Of a stretch of DNA of 64,000 nt, positions 28,396 to 37,506 are shown in pieces. Every line of letters begins with the position of its first letter. Positions within the stretch are counted from its first letter, which is position 1. The stretch spans positions 1 through 64,000 of the forward strand of contig CAVPIB010000007.1 in assembly GCA_963704885.1 (NCBI GenBank), written 5' to 3'. The position numbers and the translations under genes are program-made. The notes under the pieces are model-generated. The model ran no database searches and was not told the origin of the DNA. It worked only from the letters and a program-made list of their open reading frames with translations. Source of the DNA: an uncultured Actinomycetes bacterium. GTDB taxonomy: Bacteria > Actinomycetota > UBA4738 > HRBIN12.

Positions 28396-29390
28396 TGGAG
28401 ATGATCCCTTTCGCGTTCCGCTCCCTGCAGGAGCTGGAGCTGGGGCCAAAGTGGCAGGCTGTGTTCGAGGAACGCTGGCCGCACTACCGCGAGTGGTTCC
28501 TGCGCGAGGGGGAGGCCGCTCGGCCGTCGTACGTCACGAGCGTGCGCATGCTGCGGGCGCACATGCCTGAGCTCTTGCCGGTCTTCGAAACGGTGGTCGA
28601 GCTGGCGGGCGGAGGAGATCTGGCCGCCAGGATGCTCTCCCTCTACAAACCGCCCCCGTATCTGGCGGCATGCTCCCAGGGAGCGTGGACCCGGGACGGT
28701 GGTCCGACCCTGGTCCGCAACTACGACTACGCGCCGTCGAGGATGGAAGGCGTGATCTGGTCGACGCGGATGTTGGAGCGCCGCGTCATAGGGATGAGCG
28801 ACTGCCTGTGGGGTCTGCTCGACGGGATGAACGACGCGGGGCTGGCGGTGTCGCTCACGTTCGGCGGCCGCCGGGTGTTGGGCGACGGGTTCGGCATCCC
28901 GATCGTGGTTCGATACCTGCTCGAGACCTGCGACGATGTTCCAGCGGCTCGCGAGACGTTGGCGCGGCTCCCGTACAGCTTGGCGCACAACCTCACGGTG
29001 ATCGACGGCGCCGGGCGAGTGCTCACCGCCTACCTATCGCCCGACCGCGAGCCGATCTTCCGGGACTTCCCGGCCGCGACCAATCACCAGGGCATCGTGG
29101 AATGGCCGGAGCAGGCGCGTGCCACCAGAACGATCGAACGGGAGCAGCACATCCTTCGGCTCCTCCAGGACCCGGACACGGATGCAGGTTCGTTCGAGGA
29201 CGCGTTCCTGCGGGCGCCGCTGTTCAGCACGGCATACGGGAGCGGCTTCGGCACGCTCTACACGGCGGCCTACCGCCCGGCCGAGGGCGTGGTCGGCATG
29301 CGTTGGCCTTCGCATACGTGGCGGCTCGCGTTCGAGGCGTTCGAGGAGTCCGAACATATCGAAGTGCTGGCCGAAGGTTCGGTCGCTTAG
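28395..29390 (+). CDS. C45-family autoproteolytic acyltransferase/hydrolase (Ntn hydrolase)
   Basis: Cleavage/nucleophile site AACSQ, RNYDY, LDGMNDAGL, TNHQ, FGTLYTA; TGATG overlap with the ATP-grasp gene. Confidence 0.88.
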   Translation: MEMIPFAFRSLQELELGPKWQAVFEERWPHYREWFLREGEAARPSYVTSVRMLRAHMPELLPVFETVVELAGGGDLAARMLSLYKPPPYLAACSQGAWTRDGGPTLVRNYDYAPSRMEGVIWSTRMLERRVIGMSDCLWGLLDGMNDAGLAVSLTFGGRRVLGDGFGIPIVVRYLLETCDDVPAARETLARLPYSLAHNLTVIDGAGRVLTAYLSPDREPIFRDFPAATNHQGIVEWPEQARATRTIEREQHILRLLQDPDTDAGSFEDAFLRAPLFSTAYGSGFGTLYTAAYRPAEGVVGMRWPSHTWRLAFEAFEESEHIEVLAEGSVA

Positions 29391-29472
29391 CACCCACGCA
29401 CTTCTCGGATAGACGTGCAACCGACACCAGTGGGTGGAACACTCGCGCCAAGATCCGTGAGGGGGGCATCCT

Positions 29473-30276
29473 ATGGAGCAGCGTGATGGTTCAGGCTCGC
29501 CTATGGCGGCGATGTTGGCGGTGGCCGGAGGTGCGCTCCTTGCCATCGGATCGGTCCTGACCTGGGCGAAGGCGTCGCTCGACCTCGACGCATTCGCGCA
29601 GGCGCTCGGAGTGGATCCTGCCCAACTCGAGGGGGCGGTCGGGGCCGAGACATCTCAGGTGGTCTCGGGCACGAGCACATCCGACGGGAAGCTCGCGCTC
29701 GCCTGTGGCCTGGTGGTAGTGATCTTGGGGATCGTGGCCTACGCGAAACGAGATCGATGGAAGATCCTGGGCGTGGTCACCGCGATCGCCGGCTTGGTGG
29801 GTGGCGGGATCGCGCTATACGACATCAGCAAGAAGGACGACGTGATCTCCTCGGCGAAGGAGGCTGTAGGTCCGACCCTCGCGTCTATCGGATTGGACGC
29901 GAGCATCCTCGACAACATCTTCAAGGTTTCGCTCGGCATCGGGATCTGGGTTTGCGTGATCGGAGGCATCGTGGCCGTGCTGGGCGGTCTCATGATGATG
30001 ATGAGCAAGTCCTCAGCGACGACGCCGGCGATGGCAGGCATGCCCTCCGGCGCGGTTCCCGAGGCTCCGGTTCCGGCACCGGTGCCCGTCTCGGACTCGG
30101 GGTTCGGCACGTCCAGCGTCGCGGGTTCGATGGCCGCATCGCCCGCTACTCCGACCGCGCCCGCTCCACCGCCCGAGATGCCGGCAGACGCGCCCGCTCC
30201 ACCGCCCGAGATGCCGGCAGACGCGGCCGACATCGGTTCGGACGATCCAGGCGAACAGGACGCCCCCTCGTCATAA
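29473..30276 (+). CDS. hypothetical membrane protein with Pro/Ala-rich C-terminal tail
   Basis: Four hydrophobic helices, low-complexity tail. Confidence 0.8.
   Translation: MEQRDGSGSPMAAMLAVAGGALLAIGSVLTWAKASLDLDAFAQALGVDPAQLEGAVGAETSQVVSGTSTSDGKLALACGLVVVILGIVAYAKRDRWKILGVVTAIAGLVGGGIALYDISKKDDVISSAKEAVGPTLASIGLDASILDNIFKVSLGIGIWVCVIGGIVAVLGGLMMMMSKSSATTPAMAGMPSGAVPEAPVPAPVPVSDSGFGTSSVAGSMAASPATPTAPAPPPEMPADAPAPPPEMPADAADIGSDDPGEQDAPSS
30156..30225 (+). repeat. perfect 33-bp tandem duplication (APAPPPEMPAD x2), in frame
   Basis: CGCGCCCGCTCCACCGCCCGAGATGCCGGCAGA at 30156 and 30189. Confidence 0.9.
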
Positions 30277-30279
30277 CCC

Positions 30280-30684
30280 GTGCTGTCCGTCGAGATCAAG
30301 ATCGATACGGGAGGCCGTCGGGTCACCGACATCACCGAGCGTGTCCGTGTGTTCGCAGCAGATGCCGGGGCCGACGGCCACCTGAATGTCTTCGTTCAGC
30401 ACGCCACGGCCGGGGTGGCGCTCATGGAGACGGGCTCGGGGTCAGAGGGCGACCTCGAGGAGGTCCTCGACCGGCTCCTTCCTCGCGATGACCGGTACGC
30501 GCACCGGCACGGATCGGTAGGTCACGGCGGCGATCACCTCCTTCCGGTGTTCGTCTCGCCCAGCCTCACGCTCCCCGTGATCGATGGTGGTGCGACGCTC
30601 GGAACCTGGCAGTCGGTCGTGATCGTGGATCCCAACCGCGAGAACAACAACCGGACGGTGCGACTGAGCTTCGTCCCGGCCTGA
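30280..30684 (+). CDS. yjbQ: YjbQ/UPF0047 family protein
   Basis: HATAG, YAHRH, LGTWQS. Confidence 0.9.
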   Translation: MLSVEIKIDTGGRRVTDITERVRVFAADAGADGHLNVFVQHATAGVALMETGSGSEGDLEEVLDRLLPRDDRYAHRHGSVGHGGDHLLPVFVSPSLTLPVIDGGATLGTWQSVVIVDPNRENNNRTVRLSFVPA

Positions 30685-30695
30685 TCCCGGGCGCG

Positions 30696-31112
30696 CTACA
30701 GGTACTGACCTAGTTGGTGCTCGGACTTGGACGCCGACGGCGAGGCGACGGCCTGGACGTCGCGTTCCCTAAGTAGGACCAGGTCCTCACCGTCCAGTTC
30801 GACTTCCAGCCCCGAGGACGGCAGGAAGAGCACACGATCACCTTGCTTGGCAACCCGAACGTCGGGTCCGATCAGATGGACGTCCGCCCATGTGAGTCGT
30901 CTGGGGGCCGGGATCGCGGTCGCCGGGATCAGCAATCCGCCCGCCGACTTCCTCTCGCCGTTGCCAGGTACACGTACGACGAGCCGGTCCCCCGTCAGCC
31001 GAACCTCACTGTCGGACCCGGCCGGTTTCCGAGCACGGGTCTTCCGGGGCTTCGCAGCGAGCTTCTGTGGCATCGGTTCCTTCGTCGCGTCGTCGGTGTT
31101 CGAGCCTGGCAT
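30696..31112 (-). CDS. GroES-like co-chaperonin (atypical, N-terminal extension)
   Basis: DRLVVR, ERKSAGGLLIP mobile loop, GDRVLF, LLRERDVQAV, ends GQYL. Leaderless ATG after TACACT; alternative start 31073. Confidence 0.82.
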   Translation of the reverse strand: MPGSNTDDATKEPMPQKLAAKPRKTRARKPAGSDSEVRLTGDRLVVRVPGNGERKSAGGLLIPATAIPAPRRLTWADVHLIGPDVRVAKQGDRVLFLPSSGLEVELDGEDLVLLRERDVQAVASPSASKSEHQLGQYL

Positions 31113-31154
31113 CGCAACGAGTGTATCGACGCGGACCGGGTAGCATGCGTCCCC

Positions 31155-32015
31155 GTGAACGCCCAGAAGTTGTTGGATCAGGCCGTCCGGACATTGAAGG
31201 CGTCGAAGTCGCTCGATCACTCGCAGAAGCACCGCGAGAGATGGGAGGCGCGGGATCTCCTGACGTACGTTCTGGGTGACGAACCGGACCCGCAAGACGA
31301 CGTCCCCGCGAAGGCGAGGCGGTGGTTCGAGCGCATGGTCGCGCGGCGGGCCGAGGGCGAGCCGATCCCATTCATAAAGGGCTACACGGAGTTCCGAGGG
31401 CTGGAGCTGTTGGCGGAGCCCGGCGTATTCGTTCCCAGGGACTCGTCTGAGTTCCTGGCGGAACAGGCGGTCCGAAGGCTCCGTCGCCGTAAGTCGCCTG
31501 TGGCGGTGGACCTCGCCACCGGCGGGGGCACGATAGCGCTTGCCGTGGCCAACGAGGTGCCGAAGGCGACCGTGGTCGGAACAGATCTCTCCGCCGAAGC
31601 CATCGATCTGGCCCGCCGCAACGCGAAACGCTTGGGAGTATCTGCCCGCTTCCGACAGGGCGATCTCTTCGAGGCCGTGCCGAAGAAGCTTCGAGGGAAG
31701 GTGGATGTGATCACGCTGCATCCCCCGTACGTGGCTCGCGACGAGATGGACGAGCTGCCGGATGAGATCCGCGAGTGGGAGCCCGCCCACACGCTGACGG
31801 ATCGCAGCGAGGACGGGATGGGTCTCATCCGCCGCACCGTCGATGAGTCGCCGATCTGGCTCCGCCGCGGCGGTTGGCTCCTGATGGAGGTCGATCCAGA
31901 CCGATCCCGCGACGTGATGCCGGTCTTTCGCTCGGGGGGGTTCCGTGACGTGAAGAGCACCAAGGGCGGAGAGCTCAAAGTGACCCGAGTGATCGTGGGA
32001 AGGAGACCCGGATGA
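31155..32015 (+). CDS. HemK/PrmC-family methyltransferase (HPPY instead of NPPY)
   Basis: RRAEGEP, GVFVPR, DLATGGG, GDLF, LHPPY, GWLLME. Confidence 0.88.
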   Translation: MNAQKLLDQAVRTLKASKSLDHSQKHRERWEARDLLTYVLGDEPDPQDDVPAKARRWFERMVARRAEGEPIPFIKGYTEFRGLELLAEPGVFVPRDSSEFLAEQAVRRLRRRKSPVAVDLATGGGTIALAVANEVPKATVVGTDLSAEAIDLARRNAKRLGVSARFRQGDLFEAVPKKLRGKVDVITLHPPYVARDEMDELPDEIREWEPAHTLTDRSEDGMGLIRRTVDESPIWLRRGGWLLMEVDPDRSRDVMPVFRSGGFRDVKSTKGGELKVTRVIVGRRPG

Positions 32016-33967
32016 CCGAGCCGGCTGTCGCTCCTTTCGGCACGTGGCCCTCACCCCTCACCGCCGACATGCTCGTCGCCTCGTCGCTGCGCCTGGGCAT
32101 GCCCTGGATCGAGGACGGAACGGTCTACTGGAGCGAGGCGCGACCGAGTGAAGGCGGAAGGACCGTCGTGGTGCGCAAGCCGCAGGGCGGCCCTGCGGAA
32201 GACGTCACCCCCAGCGGCTTCAACGCCCGCACCAAGGTGCACGAGTACGGCGGAGGGTCCTATCTGGTGCACGGGGGGACGGTCTTCGCGTCGAACTTCG
32301 CGGATCAGCGTCTGTATAGGCACGACCCGGCCGCCGAACCGGTTGCGATCACCGCCGACAGTGACGGGCGGCACCGCTTCGCCGACGGCCGAGCCACGAC
32401 CGACGGTGCGCTCATCCTATGCGTCCGTGAACTACACCAGGACGACGGGGTCGTGAACGAGCTCGTGGTTCTGCCCACGGACGGCTCCGAGGAGCCGCGG
32501 CCGATCGCCGGTGGGCGCGACTTCTATTCGTCGCCGCGGATCTCTCCCGACGACTCCAAGCTGGCATGGCTGGCCTGGGATCTGCCGTGGATGCCCTGGG
32601 ACGGATGCGAGCTCTGGGTTGCCGACCTTGCGTCGGATGGTGCGCTCTCGGGCGAACGGCTGGTGGCCGGCCGGTGCGGCGAAGAGTCCATCTGGCAGCC
32701 CGATTGGAGCCCGGCGGGCGAGCTTCACTTCGCGAGCGACCGAACGGGCTGGTGGAACCTCTTCCGAAAGCGAGCTGATGAGATCCAGGCCCTCCACCCG
32801 GCCGAGGCGGAGTTCGGGTGGCCGCAGTGGGTCTTCGGTGGATCTACATACGCGTTCCTGACGGATGGGCGCATCGCCTGCATCTACGACTCGGCGGGTC
32901 GGCAGCACGTAGGTCTGCTGGACCCCGAGACGAGCGAGCTGATCGACATGGATCTCCCTTACACCGCGATCGGCTACCCGGAGCTAGTGGCGGAAGGGGA
33001 GCGGATCGTGTTCATCGCCGGCGCTCCGGCGATCCCCGACCAGGTCGTCTCGCTCGACTTCACTACTCGCTCGGTCGATGTGCTCCGGGCGAGTGACGAA
33101 CTGTCGATCGATCCGGGCTTCGTCTCGATCCCCCGATCGCTCGAGTTCCCGACGGAGGGCGGTCTGACGGCGCATGCCATCCACTACCCGCCAGCGAACC
33201 CGGACGTGGTCGCACCTGAAGGGGAGCGACCGCCGCTGATCGTAATGAGCCACGGCGGTCCCACGTCGGCCGTCACGGCCCTTTACGACCCGGAGATCCA
33301 GTTCTGGACCACTCGCGGGTTCGCGGTGGTTGACGTCAACTACGGCGGGAGCACAGGTTACGGCCGCGCGTACCGGCAACGGCTGAACGGCAAATGGGGC
33401 GTGGTCGACACCATGGACTGCATCAATGCCGCCCGCTCGTTGGTTGGGTCCGGGGATGCCGACCCGGATCGGCTGTTGATCCGCGGAGGGAGCGCGGGCG
33501 GTTACACGACGCTCTGCGCTCTCACGTTCCACGACACCTTCGCGGCCGGGGCCAGCTACTACGGGATCTCCGACCTGGAGCCGTTCGCCCAAGCGAGCGG
33601 CACCCACAAATTCGAGTCCCGGTACGAGCACACGCTGGTCGGTCCTTACCCGGAGGCGGCCGATCTCTACCGGGCGCGCTCACCGATCCACTTCGTCGAC
33701 ATGATCTCGTGTCCGATGATCCTGCTGCAGGGCGACGAGGACGAGGTCGTGCCTCCGGCGCAATCCGAGGTCATGGTCGAGGCGCTGAAGGCCAAGGGTC
33801 TTCCCTACGCCTACCTGCTGTTCGAGGGCGAACAGCACGGGTTCCGCAAGGCCGAGACCATCCGGCGCGCGGCGGAGGCCGAACTCTCGTTCTACGCGCA
33901 GATCCTGAGGTTCGAGCCGGCGGACGCGATCGAACCGATCCACATCGAGAACCTGCCAGGCTCCTGA
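32012..33967 (+). CDS. S9 family peptidase (dipeptidyl/acylaminoacyl peptidase)
   Basis: PFGTWPSP, VHEYGGG, HGGPT, GGSAGG, DEVV, EQHGF. Confidence 0.93.
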   Translation: MTEPAVAPFGTWPSPLTADMLVASSLRLGMPWIEDGTVYWSEARPSEGGRTVVVRKPQGGPAEDVTPSGFNARTKVHEYGGGSYLVHGGTVFASNFADQRLYRHDPAAEPVAITADSDGRHRFADGRATTDGALILCVRELHQDDGVVNELVVLPTDGSEEPRPIAGGRDFYSSPRISPDDSKLAWLAWDLPWMPWDGCELWVADLASDGALSGERLVAGRCGEESIWQPDWSPAGELHFASDRTGWWNLFRKRADEIQALHPAEAEFGWPQWVFGGSTYAFLTDGRIACIYDSAGRQHVGLLDPETSELIDMDLPYTAIGYPELVAEGERIVFIAGAPAIPDQVVSLDFTTRSVDVLRASDELSIDPGFVSIPRSLEFPTEGGLTAHAIHYPPANPDVVAPEGERPPLIVMSHGGPTSAVTALYDPEIQFWTTRGFAVVDVNYGGSTGYGRAYRQRLNGKWGVVDTMDCINAARSLVGSGDADPDRLLIRGGSAGGYTTLCALTFHDTFAAGASYYGISDLEPFAQASGTHKFESRYEHTLVGPYPEAADLYRARSPIHFVDMISCPMILLQGDEDEVVPPAQSEVMVEALKAKGLPYAYLLFEGEQHGFRKAETIRRAAEAELSFYAQILRFEPADAIEPIHIENLPGS

Positions 33968-34152
33968 TCGCCGAGCGCGCATCCCGGGAAGCGCGGGACC
34001 CAGAAGCTGAGCATGGAGGGCAAGGAATCGCAACCCGCACGAAGCTACGGCCGCAAGCTTCGGCGAAGACGCCCCTCGTATCCCCAAGTGGACTGGACGT
34101 CGTGAGGGGCTCGGTGCGAGTATCTGGGCCGCCTGTCTAGAGGGGGTGTGGC

Positions 34153-36027
34153 ATGAAGAACGCCGTGCGATCGGCCGCGATCATCGTGGTCCTCGCTATC
34201 GTCGCCGCTGCGTGTGGTGGCGGGGACAGCGATAGCCCAGCATCGCCGAGCGATAGTGGGAGCTCGGTCGCGGAGATCCCTTCAGGGGGAACCGTCAAGC
34301 TGGCCGCGGTCGGTGATGTGAGCGCGGCGTTCGACCCGCAGAAGGAGTACTACCAGCTGTCTTTCGAGTACTTCAAGTGCTGCCTGCTCCGCACGCTCTA
34401 CTCCACCAACGGCATGGCCGTCGACGAGGGTGGCTCGGAGCTCCGCCCGGACATCGCCACCGACATGCCTACGGTGTCCGACGACGGCCTGACGTGGACC
34501 TTCTCGATCAAGCCGGGCGTCTTCTACTCGCCGCCGTTCGCCGACGTCGAGGTGACGGCTCAGGACTTCATCCGGGCGATGATGCGCGAGGCCGACCCGA
34601 AGGCCAGCTCCGGCGGATACAGCTTCTATTACTCGGCGATCGAAGGCTTCGATGACTTCGGCGCCGGCGACGCCGACACCATCTCGGGGATGACCGCGAT
34701 CGACGACCACACGCTTCAAGTAGTGGTCACGGCCCCGACCGGGGACCTCGGTTGGCGGATGGCCATGCCGGCTGCGGCCCCCATCCCGCCCAACGGCGAC
34801 GCTCCTCTGGGGGCCGCCGAGGGGCACACCAAGGACTACGGCAGGTTCCTCGTGGCGACCGGGCCCTACATGTTCGAGGGCACCGATGCACTTGACTTCT
34901 CGGTGCCGGCAGCCGACCAGGAGCCGGTGAGCGGGTACATCCCGGGTCGTCAGATCGTCCTGGTCCGCAACACGTCATGGGATCCGGCAACCGACGAGCT
35001 GCGGCCGGCATACGCCGACCGCCTGGAAGCCTCGATCGGCGGGGACGCCGCCGACCTGTACAACCAGGTCGACGCGGGCGAGATCGACTACGTACTGGAC
35101 GCTGCGCCACCCGCGGACGTGCTCCAGAGGTACAGCACCGATCCCGACCTGCAGTCGCGGCTGTTCACGCACCCGCAGAACGCGGTGTCGTACGCCAGCA
35201 TGAACCTGGCCATCCCGCCGTTCGACGACATACACGTCCGCAAGGCGGTGAACCTGGCGTTGGACAAGTCGGGCGGCCGCCAGCTCGGCGGTGGGGCGCT
35301 CACAGGGATCAACGCGGGGCACATCTTCCCCGACGGGCTGTTGAACAACCTGCTGAAGGACTACAACCCCTACGCGTCGGCCGACGACCATGGCGACGCG
35401 GCGGCGGCGATGGAGGAGATGAAGCAATCCAAGTACGACTCCAACGGGGACGGGGTCTGCGACGACCCGGTGTGCGACGGGATCCTGACGATCACGTCAA
35501 CGACCGACCCCGCACCTAAGGTCGCGGCGCTCTACGCGCAAAACGTCGCGGCGATCGGCCTGATCCTTAACGTCAAGGCCTTGCAGACCACCACGATGTA
35601 CGCCAAGTGCAACGAGATGCCAGCACAGGTGCCGTTCTGCACGAGCGTCGGCTGGATCCAGGACTACCCCGACGCCTACACGTTCGGCCCACCGTTGTTC
35701 GGTTCCGAGGGCTTGTACCCCGGGTGCTGCAACTACGACGGGCTGGGGGCCTCGGCGGACCAGATGAAGGAGTGGGGCTACTCGATCACCGACGTCCCGA
35801 GCGTGGACGACAAGCTGGCCGAATGCTCCGCGATCGCGGTCGGCGACGAGCGGACGCAGTGTTGGGCCAACCTGGACAAGTACCTCATGGAAGAGGTCGT
35901 TCCATGGGTGCCGCGAACGTTCACCAACATCAACGAGATCGTCTCGGTGAACATCGTCAATTACTCATACGATGAGTTCGGCGGCATGATCGCGCTCGAC
36001 CATCTGGCGGTCGCGTCCTCCGGGTAG
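34153..36027 (+). CDS. ABC transporter substrate-binding lipoprotein, family 5 (peptide/nickel type)
   Basis: Lipobox AAAC, SDDGLTWTF, ATGPY, PPFDDIHVRKAVN, GWIQDYPD. Confidence 0.92.
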   Translation: MKNAVRSAAIIVVLAIVAAACGGGDSDSPASPSDSGSSVAEIPSGGTVKLAAVGDVSAAFDPQKEYYQLSFEYFKCCLLRTLYSTNGMAVDEGGSELRPDIATDMPTVSDDGLTWTFSIKPGVFYSPPFADVEVTAQDFIRAMMREADPKASSGGYSFYYSAIEGFDDFGAGDADTISGMTAIDDHTLQVVVTAPTGDLGWRMAMPAAAPIPPNGDAPLGAAEGHTKDYGRFLVATGPYMFEGTDALDFSVPAADQEPVSGYIPGRQIVLVRNTSWDPATDELRPAYADRLEASIGGDAADLYNQVDAGEIDYVLDAAPPADVLQRYSTDPDLQSRLFTHPQNAVSYASMNLAIPPFDDIHVRKAVNLALDKSGGRQLGGGALTGINAGHIFPDGLLNNLLKDYNPYASADDHGDAAAAMEEMKQSKYDSNGDGVCDDPVCDGILTITSTTDPAPKVAALYAQNVAAIGLILNVKALQTTTMYAKCNEMPAQVPFCTSVGWIQDYPDAYTFGPPLFGSEGLYPGCCNYDGLGASADQMKEWGYSITDVPSVDDKLAECSAIAVGDERTQCWANLDKYLMEEVVPWVPRTFTNINEIVSVNIVNYSYDEFGGMIALDHLAVASSG

Positions 36028-36051
36028 ATCGAGCGAAGGCTGGATACGAGG

Positions 36052-36080
36052 AACGGGGGCGGGCGACCGCCCCCGTTTTC
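36052..36080 (+). terminator. intrinsic terminator
   Basis: AACGGGGGCGG-GCGA-CCGCCCCCGTT followed by TTC. Confidence 0.75.
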
Positions 36081-36116
36081 GATGGGGGCCGGGCGGAGAT
36101 CGGCGGATCCGGCGGC

Positions 36117-37142
36117 TCAGCCGCCGATCATGGACATACTGCGCGCGGGTTGGACGAAATCCGGGTGGTTGATCCGGTGGCCCGACCACTTTCCCCAGAC
36201 GTTCGCACGGATGAGCGCCAGGAGCTCCTCGTCTGTCGCGCCGTCCCGCATCGGCCCGCGGAGATCCGTCTCTTCCAGCGCGAACAGGCATGCGCGGACC
36301 TGACCCTCCGCCGTCAGTCGTAGCCGGTTGCACGTGTCGCAGAACGGCTCGGTCACGCTGGCGATCACGCCCACCCTGCCCGGAGCGCCATCGGCGAACC
36401 TGTACGACGTGGCAGGCTCGTTGTCGTGTCCCGCGGCTGCGAGCGGGAACGCCGCATCGATCGCCTCCAGGATGCGGGCGGATGTCACGACCTTCGCGCG
36501 CTCCCACGCGTGCTGGGCATCGAGGGGCATGTACTCGATGAATCGGACCTCGTAGCCTGTCTCGCGAGCCCATCTGGCGAAGTCGACCACCTCTTCGTCG
36601 TTCGTCCCGCCGATCACCACCGTGTTGATCTTGATCGGGGTGAGCCCGGCCGCCTCTGCGGCCTTCAGGCCGGCGAGTACCTTGTCTAGCGCGTCGCGCC
36701 GGGTCATCTCTGCGAACCGGTGCCGCATCAGCGAATCGCACGACACCGTCGCGCGATCGACGCCCGCGTCGGCGAGCGGCTGCGCCAGCCGATCGAGCAG
36801 CACTCCGTTCGTGGTGATCGAGATGTCGAGATCCGGGCCGACCTCGCGGAACATGCTCACGAGCGTGGGGAGGTCGGCCCTGACGGTCGGCTCACCTCCG
36901 GTCACCTTGATCGATCCCACACCCAGTCCCACGAAGATGCCCAGGAGTCGCGTCAGCTCCTCGAACGACAGGATCTCGTCCTTCGGCAGCCAAGTGAGAC
37001 CGTCCGCCGGCATGCAGTACGTGCAACGGAAGTTGCAGCGGTCGGTCACCGAAACCCTGAGGTCGTCGGCGATCCGGCCGAACGAGTCGATGAGCGGTCC
37101 ATCGGCGGGCGGCGGGGCGGTGGGAGGCTGCCACGCGTTCAT
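36117..37142 (-). CDS. moaA: GTP 3',8-cyclase MoaA
   Basis: RVSVTDRCNFRCTYCMP, TGGEP, FCDTCNRLR..CL, C-terminal IGG. Confidence 0.97.
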   Translation of the reverse strand: MNAWQPPTAPPPADGPLIDSFGRIADDLRVSVTDRCNFRCTYCMPADGLTWLPKDEILSFEELTRLLGIFVGLGVGSIKVTGGEPTVRADLPTLVSMFREVGPDLDISITTNGVLLDRLAQPLADAGVDRATVSCDSLMRHRFAEMTRRDALDKVLAGLKAAEAAGLTPIKINTVVIGGTNDEEVVDFARWARETGYEVRFIEYMPLDAQHAWERAKVVTSARILEAIDAAFPLAAAGHDNEPATSYRFADGAPGRVGVIASVTEPFCDTCNRLRLTAEGQVRACLFALEETDLRGPMRDGATDEELLALIRANVWGKWSGHRINHPDFVQPARSMSMIGG

Positions 37143-37175
37143 CTGAGCAGCGTACCCGGGAGAGAGCGTCAAGCG

Positions 37176-37430
37176 CTACGGGTCTTCCGAGGGCGCAGGC
37201 AGGAGTCCCTCGATGAGTCCGATGCCCTCGGCGAGCGCAGTGGCTCGTGGCCTCCCTTTCTCGACCTCTGCGGCGACGTGCATGCCCAGAAGGAACGTCG
37301 CGAGAGGGGTCCCCTTGCGTTCCACGCGGTGTGCGACCTCTCGTGCGATCCGCAGTAGATCTTCGGTGTCCCGGTCGGTCAGAGGTTCCTGTCCGCAAGC
37401 AGCAGCCAGATCATCGATCCACTCACCCAT
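37176..37430 (-). CDS. DUF6457-like small protein (Moco-cluster associated)
   Basis: WIDDLAAA..LLRIAREVAHRVERKGTPLATFLLG; RBS GAGGAGG. Confidence 0.8.
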   Translation of the reverse strand: MGEWIDDLAAACGQEPLTDRDTEDLLRIAREVAHRVERKGTPLATFLLGMHVAAEVEKGRPRATALAEGIGLIEGLLPAPSEDP

Positions 37431-37506
37431 CGTTCCTCCTCGGCCTGGTCGGTCGGCCATCGAACGGTACCCCGCCGAGCGGGCGGCGAGATGGGAGGAT
37501 TGGCGG

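Noticed and set aside
30156-30225. 33-bp direct repeat as a CRISPR remnant
   Set aside because: Adjacent copies without a spacer, in frame within a Pro-rich tail; no cas genes.
34035-34122. Possible three-way-junction riboswitch upstream of the solute-binding protein
   Set aside because: Stems can be drawn (GAAGCT/AGCTTC, GCCCCTC/GAGGGGC), but I see no known aptamer consensus, such pairing is expected at this GC content, and a promoter-like sequence overlaps its 3' half. An Rfam or covariation search would be needed.
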